From positions 37,937,143 to 38,001,142 of the forward strand of contig NC_068986.1 of NCBI RefSeq assembly GCF_001194135.2: a DNA stretch of 64,000 nucleotides. The letters run 5' to 3'. The position numbers were made by a program, and so were the translations under genes. Shown piece after piece: positions 34,497-47,867 of the stretch. The DNA comes from Octopus bimaculoides (taxonomy: Eukaryota). Position 1 is the first letter of the stretch; each line of letters begins with the position of its first letter. The notes under the pieces are model-generated. The model had not been told where the DNA came from, searched no databases, and worked only from the letters and a program-made list of their open reading frames with translations.

Positions 34497-36011
34497 NNNN
34501 NNNNNNATGAGAGAGAGAGAGAGAAAGAGGGAGAGAGAGAGAGAGAGAGAATGAGAGAGAGAGAGAAAGAGTGAGAGAGAGAGAGAGAGAGGAATCTTCA
34601 AAGTTGTTAGATGACTCAAAGTACATTTTTAAAAATATTTTAACAGCATTTTTACTTTACTGCTACATTAAATATAATTTTCCTATTCATTTTCAAAATT
34701 ACTCAAATGTTAAACTTATGAGAAAATATTAATCTGATATAAAAATTAAAATATATAAAACTTTAAGAAGCTTAATAGATATTCATAAGTATGAAAATAT
34801 ATTTTTTTTTTGTTAATGTTATTGTGATTAGTAATGAAGATTGATCATCTGACAGTAGGTATCTAACTGAAAGGTCCTGAAGATTTAAACTAAAACAAAG
34901 CAAATAACAGAAAATACGTTTCACTGACAATTTATTATGGGTAACTAGTAATGCTATTTAATAATCTTTTACTGGAAAGTTATAGAAATTTATCTCAAAA
35001 TATCACATAAACAAATTAGTTCAGTTTGAAAATTGGTACAAATAAATATCAGTAAGCAGATACAGTGATACCAAAACTAAAATAGTTATATGCAAGGACA
35101 TCAAAGTCATAGATATACTACGTAAAAGCCTATTGTCACACACCTACACATACATATATGAACATGACATAATAATAGAATACACAACATAAACACAATA
35201 AACTATCAAATTAATACATACCATATGCCATAAATGGCATTACAATCCAAAGTTCATGGTCATAAACAAATGTAGTGTGAAATTTCAAAATTTTGTCATG
35301 TTGTAGTTGCTGAACCAAGGCAATTTCTTTCTGGAAAGAACAAAATATCATTTAGAAAGGAATCTTACTAACAAAAGCAGAAATACAGATATTTTCATAA
35401 AATAAGATATAGTTTAGATATTCCACGATTTAAGCAGGATATGTTATAAAATAGCTAGTCAAGAATTGTAAGCAAGATATGGAATGACAAAGACAAAAAA
35501 GTAAGAGTTTTGTTTGCAATTTTAATGTATTACATCAAAGATAAATACAATTTACCTGTAAATCTGCAATATCTGTAAAAACATTTTCTAAGTCTATTTT
35601 CTTGATTGCAACATTTGTTCCTGATGGCCTATGTTTTGCCAGATAAACAGTGACTGCATCACAGAACCCATGACCTGAAGAATGTAATAAGCAGCAACAA
35701 CTTAAGTATTTAAATGAAAGTAAATTCTATTTTTATAAAGAAAACATTTGAAGCTACATGTAAGTGTGTGTAGGACCCATGGCCTACTGGTTAGGGTGTT
35801 ACTCTCATGATCACAAGATTGTGGTTTTGATTTTCAGACTAAGCTATGCATCATGTTCCTGAGCAAAACATTTCATTTCACATTGTTCTGCAATCATTTG
35901 GCACACCATGTACCTGTACCAGATAGATGTTTGACCACAAGCAAATTATCTGTGCAGGTTGCTCGATAAAAAATTGCAGAAGCCTCATTTGTTGTCTACA
36001 ACAGGACAGTC

Positions 36012-36060
<49 letters not shown>

Positions 36061-36634
36061 TGTACATTAGCACCAATTTTTACATGCTTGTCGATGCAAA
36101 TTTTCTTTGGTTGAATACCCTTCCTGTTGCTAATCCTCAACCATTTCCAAGCAACATATTTCCCATGCCCAGACAGGAAACACACTCATTTACAACTACC
36201 ATGTGATGTCAAGATAAGAGTACACACACACACAAACTGCCAGATGATAGATCCTCTACAAGTATGTCTGATTTTAATAACTCAAGAATTTATGCTGTAT
36301 GGTATTTGATATAGCTGTATTTGTTTACAGGTCACTCCTAATTATTTCCCTTCATTCATTTTCTGTCTAAATTATGCAAATTACTTTGGCCATAAATATG
36401 TTCTACTCATTTTTCATATAAGTCCCTTGGTTACAGGAGATAGGGTGGGAAAATTGTATAGATGATGACTAGTGACCATGACTGTTCACTTATCTCCAAA
36501 CAAAAAACTTATCCTTTTTGTTAATAGCATGTGAACTTTGGAAAATTTTTGACTTTCAGAGTTATCACACCTTTTCCATGTTTTATGGCCATCTGGTAAT
36601 CATGAGACATCCTAAAGAATTTACGTTGATATAC

Positions 36635-36677
<43 letters not shown>

Positions 36678-36687
36678 NNNNNNNNNN

Positions 36688-36725
<38 letters not shown>

Positions 36726-39700
36726 TACAGAAAATAGACTCCATCAACTGCTGGGGTGGGGGGGCTAGACGTAGTAGATAGCTTCTGTTATCTAGGTTGC
36801 CAAGTTAGAAGCGGAGGTGGATGATCTGAGAATAGCTGTGAGAATAAGAATGGGCTGGGCAAAGTTCAGAGCTCCTATCTCTGCTGGCAACAAAGGGCTT
36901 CTCTCTCAGAGTGAAAAGCAAACAGCTATGCTACAGAGCAGTGAAACATGAGCTGTGACAGCCGAGGACATGAAAGAAATGAAGCCAGTATACTTCGCTG
37001 GATATGCAATGTCAGTGTGCATGTTCAGAGTGTAAGCATCTTGAAAGAAAAGTTGCATTGATGATGACTCAGATATGGTGTGCAAGACGACTGCACTGGT
37101 ATGGTCATGTGATGCGTATGGAAGAGGACAGCTGCATAAAGAAGTGCTGATCTCTAACTGTGGAGGGAACCTGTGGTAGAAGTAGACCCAGGAAGATATG
37201 GGACAAGGTGGTGAAGCATGATCTTCAAACTTTGAGCCTCAGAAGCAATGACTGGTGACCGAGACCTTTGGCAATATGCTGTGCTCGAAAAGACCTGTCA
37301 AGCCAAGTGAAATAGTCATGGCTGATGCTGGTGTCTCGTAACTAGCACCTGTGTTGGTGGCACAAAAAAAGCACCTTTCAAGCATTGGGATTCATGGAAG
37401 CAAAGTAGCTAATACCAGTGGCACGTGAAAAGCACCTTTTGAGCATTGGGCTTGGAAGCAATGATGAATGACCGAGACCTTTGGCATTATGTTGTGCTTG
37501 AAAAGAAAACCCATCAAGCCAAGTAAAATACAATTGTGGCTGATACTGGTGTCATGCAAATGGTACTCTTGCCAGTGGCATGTAAAAGCACCCATTACAC
37601 TCTCGGAGTGGTTGGCATTAGGAAGGGCATCCAGATGTAGAAACCATACCAAATCAGACTGGAGTCTGGTGCAGCCTTCCAGCTCGCCAGCCCTGTTCAA
37701 ATCATCCAACCCATGCCAGCATGTACAACAGACAATAAATGATGATAATATATACACATGCATGCACACACAGAGTAAGCTTCTTTCAGCTTCCATCTAC
37801 CAAATTGACATACAAGGCTTTGCTTGAACTGGGGTTAGAGTAGAAGACATTTGCCCAAGATGCCATGCAGTGGGACTGAACCCAAGACCATATAGTTGGG
37901 AAGCAAACATCTTAACCACACACCCACTCCTGCCCCCTATATANNNNNNNNNNTATATACAGGCATGGCATGTTTTCACGGGTACCATTTGTATGACACT
38001 GGTATAATGGGCTGACATATTTATTTGGTACTTTAGAAAAATCAAAATAAAAAAACAAAATGCTATCCAGTTATGTTTCTTACCTATTAAGGAGTATAAT
38101 GTGTAATGTGACCAATTTGGTTCATACTTCACCATTTCTGCATTGTTTTCTGGAGAGGCCTCCAGTTGGTTCTCATTTGACTGAAATAAATAATTGACTC
38201 GCCAAGTTTTACAATAACATTTTATGGCTTAAAAAAAAAAATACAAAAAGCAGCCTTTAGACATTGGAGGTTTCAACAAGACAGCATAATGGAAGTAGAA
38301 AAATACACTTGGTCTAAAGACAGAATATATTACATTGTGAAGCATGTCAGAATACAGCCTCTTAATAGGAGGATAATTGTTAGAGTAGGACTTCAGAGTC
38401 TTTAACACAAACATTAAACTATTGCTGAAAAAAAATGAAGAAAGATAACTTACTGGATATTGTAGATCACGATCAAAAGGTGCTGAAACAGGTGAATCTC
38501 CTACTCGTGCCTTTGTGCATGCACAGTGCTGAAATGTAGATAAAAAATAATCTTCTATTCTTACAAGCAAAGAATAAACAAGATGAGGGCTGTCAAATTT
38601 TTTAAAAAAAGAAATACAAACCTTGTGAAATGAGTAAACAAACCCTTTATATATTTTAACAAAACTGCAATGTCTTTCATTTGTAGATATTTTTTTGTAT
38701 CTATCAGTATGATTTGTTCTTAATAGTCATTATTGCCATGGAATTAGTCACAGTAAACAGATCTCATTTATTTCCATCATCCCAACTCTTGATTTGTAGA
38801 CAAATATATGTGGGCTATATATGTAGAACAATATCAAGGATGAAATCATGGCTAATGACCTCAAACATAAATATTCTATTTTACCTTTGAGTAAAATATA
38901 CAATTTAAAGCAATCAAATTGCATATTACCATGAATGGCATACACTTAAGAAACACCTTCAAATATTTAATATGTAGCCTTTTTGCAACTCACAGAAAAA
39001 AGTAAAAAGTAAAATGAACATATACAAATAGATCTTTACTGATATTTTCCTTAAACGGGTTTTAAATTAAATTTGTTTTTTCACATTTTTAATCAGATGT
39101 CTTTTTCTTAAAAGGTCATACAATTAGCAACCAAGGCGTAACTGAATTCATATGTATTACTCATAAAATCCCTGGCACTCTTTTAAAACTTGAAGAACAA
39201 TTTTTTTTTACTAAGTGAGTATCTATTTATTTATGACTTGATATATATTATATAAAATGCTTAAAGAAAAATAGAAAAACACTATTTTAAGCTTCTTTAA
39301 GAATCTCTCAATCAAAACTATTAATACTTGGAAGCTACAATAATAACTTATAAGAAACTAAATATATGCTTCAATAGATATTTGATTTAATACCTTTCAG
39401 AAGTAATATTGAAATGTTTAGTTTTAAAATATAAAATAATAAAAATGACTTTCAAGGATATTGGCAAGAAAAATGTAATTTTAGTAGTATTTTGTACATT
39501 GTAAACCAGCCCCTGAGATATATTTCAACTTATTGGCATTTGTAAGAATAGTGGACAACAGCTGTTGAACAGTGAAAAATTTTAAGAATTTTAAACAAAA
39601 CCAGGTTTTGTTTTCTTTAAGAATAGAATATCAAGTATACTCATTCATACTACAAACAAAATTTTTTCATGATAAATGGACTACCACAACATCACAAAAT

Positions 39701-41987
39701 ATATTAACCAACTGAACTAAACATTTTGAGAAGTCAGATTGGAGAGGGGAAAACAGGAAAAAAATCTATTCAGAACATTAACAATTTCATGAGAGAAGCA
39801 GAAATATAGATTAACTGTGCAAACCATTACATATGTAAAGGTTATCACATTTGCCTGTATTTGTTCTTTTTCACACTGAAATTGTTGTTACAAATGAATA
39901 TCATTTAACAGAGATTCATTTGATAGAAGCTAAAGCTTCATTGTTCCTACTCTGAGTTCCTTACCAAATATTTATATTACATACAAACACAGTAACCTGA
40001 TAAAATCACATATACTGGTATAAAGCTTTTATCTTTTTTTTTTTTTACACAATCTTAAAATATGTTTCATATACATACCTTCATTTTTAAGTTGTTTAAA
40101 AAAAATGTTTTTATGCAATGTCTATATTTTGTCATTTCACTTGTCATGCATGACATCCACTGTACAGATTATGCAGATAAGTGTGCACCCATATTGAAGA
40201 TAGAATCACAACGTAATTTAAAAAGTTAAAAATACATAGTAATATATAAATTAGTGATTAATAAAAAAAATCATGATATATAAAACAATACCTAACAATA
40301 AATATACCAAAAGCAAGTGTCATTATATTTCCAACCTGTTTCTGCACATCCACAAACTATTCAAAATTCCATGGAGTTAATCTGTAAATTCTCTACCATT
40401 AGAATTGGAACTTGTATTTAATATCCTGAAAGTTTAGCAACATGCAGAGCAAATACTCCCAATTTTTGACTACTTCTCGCTTTTCTTTAAGCACAACACT
40501 TCCATTGATCATTTGCATGTACTTGCCTTACCTAAATTGGAATGTATTACATTTCATTTACACATTCAAACTAGCTATGTTTCCCTGCCACATGACCTAT
40601 CTAAATATTTCATTATATGTTGTTACACAATTATCCAATATTTTCTGAACACTTAATGCACAACCATCTTTAAGTATCATGATTAACACGGAAACATCAT
40701 ATACGGTTTCAAAATTTGACACAATGCCAGCAAGTTTGGTAAATTAATTACATCAACCTCAGTGCTCAACTGGCACTTATTTTATTGACCCTGAAAGGGT
40801 GAAAGGCAAAGTTGACCTCAGAACATAAAGATGGATGAAATGCTGCTAAGCCTTTTGCCAGGTATGCTAATGATTCTGCCAGCTCACCACTCTAGAACCA
40901 TCAAGCACCTGTGCCAGTGCCATGTAAAAATCACCTATGCTGGTGTCACATAAAATGTATTTAGTACATTTTGTAAAGTGGCTGGTGATAGGAAGGGCAT
41001 CCAGCAGTAGAAACCATGCAAAAACTGACAACTGGAGCCTGGCACAGCTCTTCAGCTCTGGTCAAACCATCAAGCCCATGTCAGCATGGAAAACAGATGT
41101 TAAATTATGATGACACAACCTGTTTAGCCCTTTGCCTCTTCTGTGTATCACATGTAATACACAGGATATATTCACCTGGTGTCCATGCATCATATATTAT
41201 ACATATTCCTTATTTTCTTCAACCACCAGAGTAACATGGGACTTATGAAAGGAAAGCTTTATATTATTGAGAACATAAAAGTCTGAAAACAAGCATGGAT
41301 GTTTTGAACAAACTTATGAAAATGCTTTAGACAGGCAAAATATTAAGTATCATACAAAAATAGATAGATATAGACAATCCATTAGATAACTACCAAAAAC
41401 CTTCATTCATACAGACTTTCAGTTCTCTAATATCCAATTACAATGAATAATAGAAATGGTTCAATTTCCTTATTCAGTAATTTTATGTCATTTGTCTCAC
41501 TATTTAGCATATTCTTAAGACAAAAGGTACTAAGTATCTTTTAATATTTATGATAGGATGAGTTTTTAATATAAATTTAGTAATATACTAGCTATACTTC
41601 AGGTACAAGGCCAGATATTTGTGGGGTGAGTATAGTTAATTATATCAATCCCAGTACTTGACTAGAACTTCATTTTATCAACCCTGCAATAATAAAAAGC
41701 AAACTGACCTCAACAAGATTTGAACTTGGATTGTAATGAGACATATCATAAAGCATTTTGTCCAATGCTTTAACAATTTTGTCAATTCAATGTCCTCAAA
41801 GTTACATTAATACTCTTATTTACTTTTATACATAAAATTTATCCTGGAATTAAAATTTTTTTCTTGATTATTAAGATAAGAATTAAAATGTTAGAATATT
41901 TAACACTGGTATTAGTAGTAAAATGTTGCTACCAATGCATTTTTTTAAACAGTTACATGTTGGCATGATACTCACCAAAAAAGACAT
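24029..41987 (-). CDS. STRADA: STE20-related kinase adapter (LKB1-activating pseudokinase), 403 aa, 12 coding exons
   Basis: Twelve GT-AG exons with consistent phases total 1212 nt. Pseudokinase signatures: HRAVKASH (no HRD Asp), SGL in place of [29 protein letters not shown]-terminal WIF. The gene is probably the pre-duplication STRAD, co-orthologous to STRADA and STRADB. Confidence 0.9.
24870..24994 (-). CDS. STRADA: STRAD coding exon 11
   Basis: [35 protein letters not shown]; gtaaga donor. Confidence 0.88.
25500..26172 (+). mobile_element. tRNA-derived SINE interrupted by a NUMT
   Basis: Head 25500-25564, body resumes at about 25829 (CACCTTGGG...). Confidence 0.85.
25564..25830 (+). pseudogene. 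nuclear mitochondrial insertion (NUMT): nad4 3' end joined to an internal nad5 segment
   Basis: With the invertebrate mitochondrial code, 25565-25831 is open: [15 protein letters not shown]...[13 protein letters not shown]...W (nad4 C-terminus-like) then [31 protein letters not shown] (nad5 signature; AGA/AGG=Ser, TGA=Trp, ATA=Met). Confidence 0.9.
26950..27176 (+). mobile_element. CR1-like 3' remnant containing a short RTE tail fragment; similar remnants at about 26190-26520 and 28430-28910
   Basis: [16 protein letters not shown]...FKLNIN; ATCATCGTTTAATGTCCGCCTTCCATGC at about 27118-27140. Confidence 0.45.
27177..27396 (-). mobile_element. tRNA-derived SINE with a 16-bp TSD
   Basis: TSD CAATTGT(A/G)TTAATATT at 27161-27176 and 27397-27412; near-intact head on the minus strand. 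Confidence 0.85.
28068..28179 (-). CDS. STRADA: STRAD coding exon 10
   Basis: [37 protein letters not shown]; phase 1 in, phase 2 out. Confidence 0.88.
30112..30255 (+). mobile_element. young RTE 3' end
   Basis: Nearly identical to 65-214. Confidence 0.85.
30467..30554 (-). CDS. STRADA: STRAD coding exon 9
   Basis: [19 protein letters not shown]...; the donor is either gtaaaa (30466) or gtactt 9 nt earlier, both phase 1. Confidence 0.8.
31486..31590 (-). CDS. STRADA: STRAD coding exon 8
   Basis: [35 protein letters not shown]. Confidence 0.92.
31924..32095 (-). CDS. STRADA: STRAD coding exon 7
   Basis: [22 protein letters not shown]...WLSPEILEQ. Confidence 0.92.
34072..34195 (-). CDS. STRADA: STRAD coding exon 6
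   Basis: [41 protein letters not shown]. Confidence 0.92.
35222..35330 (-). CDS. STRADA: STRAD coding exon 5
   Basis: [37 protein letters not shown]. Confidence 0.92.
35556..35674 (-). CDS. STRADA: STRAD coding exon 4
   Basis: [29 protein letters not shown]...LQ. Confidence 0.92.
36790..37745 (+). mobile_element. RTE LINE, 5'-truncated, about 950 bp
   Basis: Homologous to 53540-54693 (WAKFRELL..., LRWYGHV.RM, GRPRKTWD) plus the 3' UTR repeats. Confidence 0.85.
38084..38180 (-). CDS. STRADA: STRAD coding exon 3
   Basis: [33 protein letters not shown]; tttcag acceptor, gtaaga donor. Confidence 0.85.
38454..38528 (-). CDS. STRADA: STRAD coding exon 2
   Basis: [25 protein letters not shown]; tttcag acceptor, gtaagt donor; resembles STRADB DCFCTSRTQV. 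Confidence 0.8.
40730..41115. mobile_element. SINE (minus, 40730-40890) followed by an RTE 3' end (plus, 40900-41115)
   Basis: Family motifs as above. Confidence 0.65.
41976..41987 (-). CDS. STRADA: STRAD coding exon 1 (MSFL); the whole exon is 41976-42031
   Basis: ATG TCT TTT TTG|gtgagt, identical to the vertebrate STRADA MSFL start exon. TAA immediately precedes the ATG. An upstream ttttcag acceptor implies a further 5' UTR exon. Confidence 0.8.
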
Positions 41988-44900
41988 TTATGGTCAGCCA
42001 GCAAGCACTACCAAACAAAATCCTGGAAATTCTGAAAATGAAGACTTCTTACTTTAATAATATCTGACACTAAATCTAAAGGCACTATTAAATGGCAAAA
42101 TACTTCACCAGCTTGTCAGCAGAGAAAAACGTGTTCTTGATACTTATTTTCCTATTAATGCTCAAGTTTCAGTAATTTTATTAACTGATCATTTATTCAA
42201 CAACAGCAGTTGAATAAATCTTCTAGACTAACAACAATCTCATCCAATCACTCAAAACTCAGGTCCAGTTGGTTAATTCAATTATAAAATGTCAAACGTT
42301 GAAAGAATATTCTACATTATAAAAAAATTATCAATACAAAACTTGAAATTTTAAGCACTAAACATTCTTGTTAGTTGCAACTATAGAAGCTTCAAATGGA
42401 TATTCTTGATATTTTTGAATACCTTTGGACCATTAACATGTTTATATCTATTTATGAATTTCAACCAGTTTTTTTCTCCCAATACATGTCTAGTAATATT
42501 ACCAGGTATTGAACTAACACATCTTATTCTATATCTTAAATAAACAATTCTATATTTGCAACTTTTGAAATAACTTAGTTTAATTTAAATAGAGACTAAA
42601 GTTTACAATAGCTTTCCATTAGTAAATATTCTAAAAATGACCAACCCAAATATGAATTAATGACCTAGGGAATTTTCAGTTTAAATACAAAATTGACACC
42701 AACCAAACTATTTGAAATGTAGTATATGGATAGTGCCAATTCAAATACTTGTCATCATATTTCATGATTTTTGTTTTTTTTGTTTTTACAAAGAATCAAA
42801 ATTATAGGAAGACAGTTTATAGGCATTATTAAATTAGCAGCAGAATTTACTAGTGCCAATAACAATTGAAGTTTATGCCAATGTCTATGTTTCAATAATA
42901 TTAAAAAGAAAAAAAAATTACCATAGGAAGGGAAAAATGGAAATGATATAATTTGATTGAATTTTGCTTTCTACTAAAAAACGCAAAAACTACTGATTTT
43001 AGTCTATATTACTAATACCTGATAAACCTTAAAGTGAATAAATAAGAAGAAATTTAGAAAACACCAGCAGAAGTTTTACTTCATACTGAATAATTCAATC
43101 TAAATATATCTTTCACAGTCTGGCAACTTCAACTACACTAATTAAAATCAAATAACTTTTCTGCTGTCAGAACAGTAGTCAGGATTGAGTTAGAGAGTGT
43201 AGGAGAAAAAAGCAATGCATTCAATGAGAGAGTAGGAGAAAAATGCAATACATTTTATTTTCAGATGACTATTAAAAATATTGGCAAACATAAAAAATAG
43301 TAGTTAGTAATATAAGTCTTAAGCGGAGTACAAATGGCTCTAACAACTACATCAAGATGTTTATTGTCACAATGCAAAAAATCCATAATTATCACAGATA
43401 AATTTAAAACAGTTATTTCACTTGCTTTAGCCATTATAGCAAAGGCCATGCTGGTGCTGCAGTGTCATCCCCTTCATTAATGTTTGTAAGATTTGAACAA
43501 TTTAGAATTCTAAATATGGAGAAAACTGAAAATAGAGCCCAATTTTTACACAAAACCATACCTATATGAATATTTGTGTAAATACATACATATAATTTCT
43601 TGAATAAAAATAGAATTTCTTATTTGTTAGGTGTTTTATTAAGATGCTGATATCCCAAGCTCTTTTCATTTACTCAACAAACTAAGAAAGACTTCTCCTT
43701 GTTCTAAAGTGTTAATGAAATAAATTCATTATACTCCATATTTTGGAAAGTAAATATTTTCCAAGTGATAAAATTACAAAGTGAAAAATATAATTCCTAA
43801 ACAAATTATAAATAAAAAAAAAATGAATGTTGATAAACATTTATTATGGTATATCTCTAAATATGTATATGGTTAATATCTATATATTTGTTATGGTATG
43901 TGTCTATATATTTAAAGCATCTATCTACAAACATGTACAAGAATTCATGAAAAAAAAAAGAAGAAAAAAAAACATTCTCTCTGCCCATAAATCAAAGAAG
44001 GAATAATGCATAAATTAATCTTCAACAATTATAAATAAATGTACTCAAAATTCATGACAAAATGCCAGATCTTATAAAGATAATTTCTTTGTAAGAGCTT
44101 TATTAATATAAGGCCTTATTAGAATCAATATCAAAACAATTCCTTTCATAAAACATTTTGACTGCATGAACAAATATAAGAAAATTTCATAAAGTCTTCT
44201 ATTTATTGTAATTAAATTATTATCAATGTTACATTTTTATAATGAGATTATACTTAAAGCAATTGGCTAAATGCTCAGTGATCATGCAATGAAGTTCAAA
44301 ATAAACTGTTTGTGTATTTTTATTTACTCTGAGATTGTTTTAGAAAAAATGTGCTTCATGTAGGCTTTAAAAATGCAATGTGTTTTCTCTAAGACTTAGT
44401 CTTTCTTTCAAGATGATATTAATGGGATGGGATTTTTTTCTCTCCCAAATATCTAAAATGCACCATTTAAGTCAAATTATATAAGATATTCAACTATAAA
44501 GCTAAATTAAAATATAAAATATATTTTGTGATTAATAATAAGGGTTTCTAATGTGGACACAAAGCAAATTTTGGGAAATAACAAGAGAACTTAACTGATA
44601 CTAATTTTTTTTAATTCAGGAAAGACGAAAGGAAAATTCATCCCTGACAGCATTCAGATCACAATAATAATAATAATAATAATCATTATTTCAAGCTTTG
44701 AAATAAGGCTAGCAATTTTAGGAGAAGGGAATAAGAATTTGAACTCGGAATTTTAAAAACTAGGAGAAATGCCACTATGCAGTTTGTTAGACATGTTAAC
44801 AATCCTACCAGCTCACTGCCTTAAACAATAATGACAATTTCTTGTGTACATGGCGATTTCAATTGCACAGAATGTTTATTCTAGCAGTGGATACAAGGCA

Positions 44901-47641
44901 TTTTATCACAATAAAATTATTATAACAAAACATAGGATTTTAGGTGGTTGAGAAATGGGAATTTGAGAGCTTCATAGGCATTAACAACATACGTAAACTT
45001 TATACAAGCAGGGGTCAAACTGATTTATCAAGGATTGATCCTAGCAACTTGGGGCTCCCTATATTAATGATTTCTTTAGGTTAAAAAAAAAAAAGGTCAA
45101 TATATTTTGTGACTCTATAGCTATGTTACCAGAGTCTATAAGATCTCAATTCATCAGCTTAGGCATCTCCCCTAGCTTACACAATACTATAGCTATTGAA
45201 TTATATTATTATTATTATTATTTTTTTTTTTGTAATTAGGCACAAGACCAGTTCTTAAAGAGAGAGAGAATTTGGTCAATCAGGAATACTTTTGATATCA
45301 ACTTGCCTAAGACTACCTTTGGTTCTATAATGAAAACTTCTTATTTTAAATTAAAAGTTTCCATTAAAGTTTTATGTAAAGTTAAATTCCAAACACCAAA
45401 TTAATAAAGACAAAGTTATTTTACTAAATTCTTCATTATTTTCAACAAAGCAGTGCATCTCAACAGAAATATGGTTACTGATATATCTTTTTATCAACCC
45501 TGGTGGAATGAAAAGCTTAATCAATTAACCTTGTGAGAATCTAAACTCAGAACATAGAGGAATGAAATTCAATCCTACAGAGCTTGTGTTCAACATAAAT
45601 ATTCCTAATAATAATTGCTTACATTAATATTATGCCCCATATTTATATAGGCAAAACAATATTGAGAGTGATAGTCATTTTTTTTCAAGGACATTTACGA
45701 AATAGGTAAAACTTCTAACTGGGAATTAAAGCAGGACTATAAAACTAGTTTGTGAAGTACCTACTGTTGCACCAGAGTATTGTTCATAACAAGTAAAATA
45801 ATACCAACACATGGTAAAAACAGTGCCCAAATATTTCAGAAGCAAAGTTTAGCTGGAGTGAAATGTGTGCAAACTACGTATGTCTAAAGTGACTGCCATA
45901 TTTAAGTTAGTACACTACGTTGTCTGAAGGAACAAACTGCTTAAAATCTTCAGGTTAGTAATGGTGATCAGATTTATTTTAATCACATCTAGCATTATTA
46001 ATTCTCAAACAAAAAGCATTTCCAAATTGTACTCACTGTTGAGAAAAATTCCAACATCTCCAAATTGCATAAAGCAATATCTAAAATATATGATAATAAT
46101 CACATAATCAGAGTAGTTACAAAAAGCCCTGTGAAAAATGTTTGTGTCTTTGATGTCAGTTAATACAAAGAAAAAAAGAAAGAAAAGAAAATAAAACAAA
46201 GTTAAGGAAAAGAAATTTTGAAGTTTTACTGTTGTAATTTTACAATTCTGTATAAATAATTAAGAAAGTCAATTGGATACACAATGCCATCTACATTAAG
46301 AGTATTGTGACTGTATTTCAATAAAAATTATCCTCTGACATATTCAAATGATGACCTTACATTTGGAATGCTTAAGTCAAATCAGAAATTGATCCAGATC
46401 ATTCGAAATATTCTATAAACAATTCCAAGAGAGACAAGACAAACTATCATAGTATGTAATGCATCTAAAAATATTTAGAAATTATCACTTAAACTATTTA
46501 AAAATAAAATGAAGGATCGATAAATTTATTGAATTAAAAGGCTTACTAAAAGCCTAACTGAAATGCTTATTTTATTCTATGAAGGATTGATGAAGTGTTA
46601 GACTTAGAGAGATAAATGTTTCTCATGGGGGCAGTATGGACTGAAGGTGGGAGGACAAATTGCTGTGTTTCATAAAATTAAGATGATTTAAATTGCCTAA
46701 CACCATGATGAAGAAAGAATTATAAGGATGCAGATTCTATTTTGCCTTCTCATCACTAGGAGTTGGTGCAAAGATTTTCACTATTTTTTTTTTCTTTTTA
46801 GTGGAGGTAATAAATAATATTTGTCAGTTTGAGAACCAGTGTTATACACAACTAGAAATTATGATAACCTTTCAAAGTTGGTTGGCAGTATATCTGGGTG
46901 TCTATGTGTATGTATACGTGTGTTGATAAATAAATTTCTGAGAGTGTACAGTAATATTCTAAGAATGCACTATGCTATTCAGTTTAAATGTATAGACACA
47001 AAACATACAAACACATTGTTAGAGTAAACCTTTGAAGTCACTAATACTCTGTTCAGATGCATACTAAAGAAATCATGCAAGATAGAATCTAATATGAATA
47101 GCTGAAACTATAGCTAAAATTTAAGGCTACTTTCTTACAGTTAACAAACATGCTGGCATAAAGACATTTTTTGTCTTAACATTATTCAATATTATTTCAT
47201 TTTTTTTTTTCAATTTTAATTCATGGTACCATTTATTTTTTTCAAATATCTAATTTAGAATTATTTGGATACGGCAAAATAAATTTCCCTTTTATCTTAA
47301 TATTCATGAAAAGGAAGATATAAAAGAAATACATTGCTGAAGAAATGAAAACGTATATGTTTATTTCCATCTCTTAAGGATACAAGAAAGTACACATTAG
47401 ATGGAATAGTTATTGTTATAATATGTCTGAAGAAAAGAGGAGATGGTCTTAATTGGAACAACTACACCTTTGATCATAGATCTGCTCAATCAAAGCTGAC
47501 CTGAAGTTTTAAACAAGAAGAAAGTAGCAATAGATGAAACTAGCTGAACAAACAATTTTAAAATATGCAGTTTATTTATTTATGTGGAAAAAAAAAATGT
47601 CCTAGAATGTAACAATTGTTTTTAATCCAAAAACTTATTGC

Positions 47642-47867
47642 TTAATCTTTAGCATTTAAACCAGCCATAACTGGCCAAAATATTCCAGATGTTGTATGTT
47701 CAAACTGGCCAGATCTGGCCTCTCACACCAGCCTTACAATATCATTCTAAAAATTAACAGTTACCTCATCAAAATCTCAAAGCTAAAAGTAATGCATGTT
47801 TAATTCAAAACAGTGTGAATAGATAAGCCTTACTTTTGGCAGAATAATCTGAATGTTAAAAGGCTGA
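47642..47867. mobile_element. piggyBac-like (TTAA) MITE, degenerate
   Basis: TTAATCTTTAGCATT start and AATGTTAAAAGGCTGA end are decayed inverted termini of the TTAACCCTTTAGCATT type. Confidence 0.45.
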
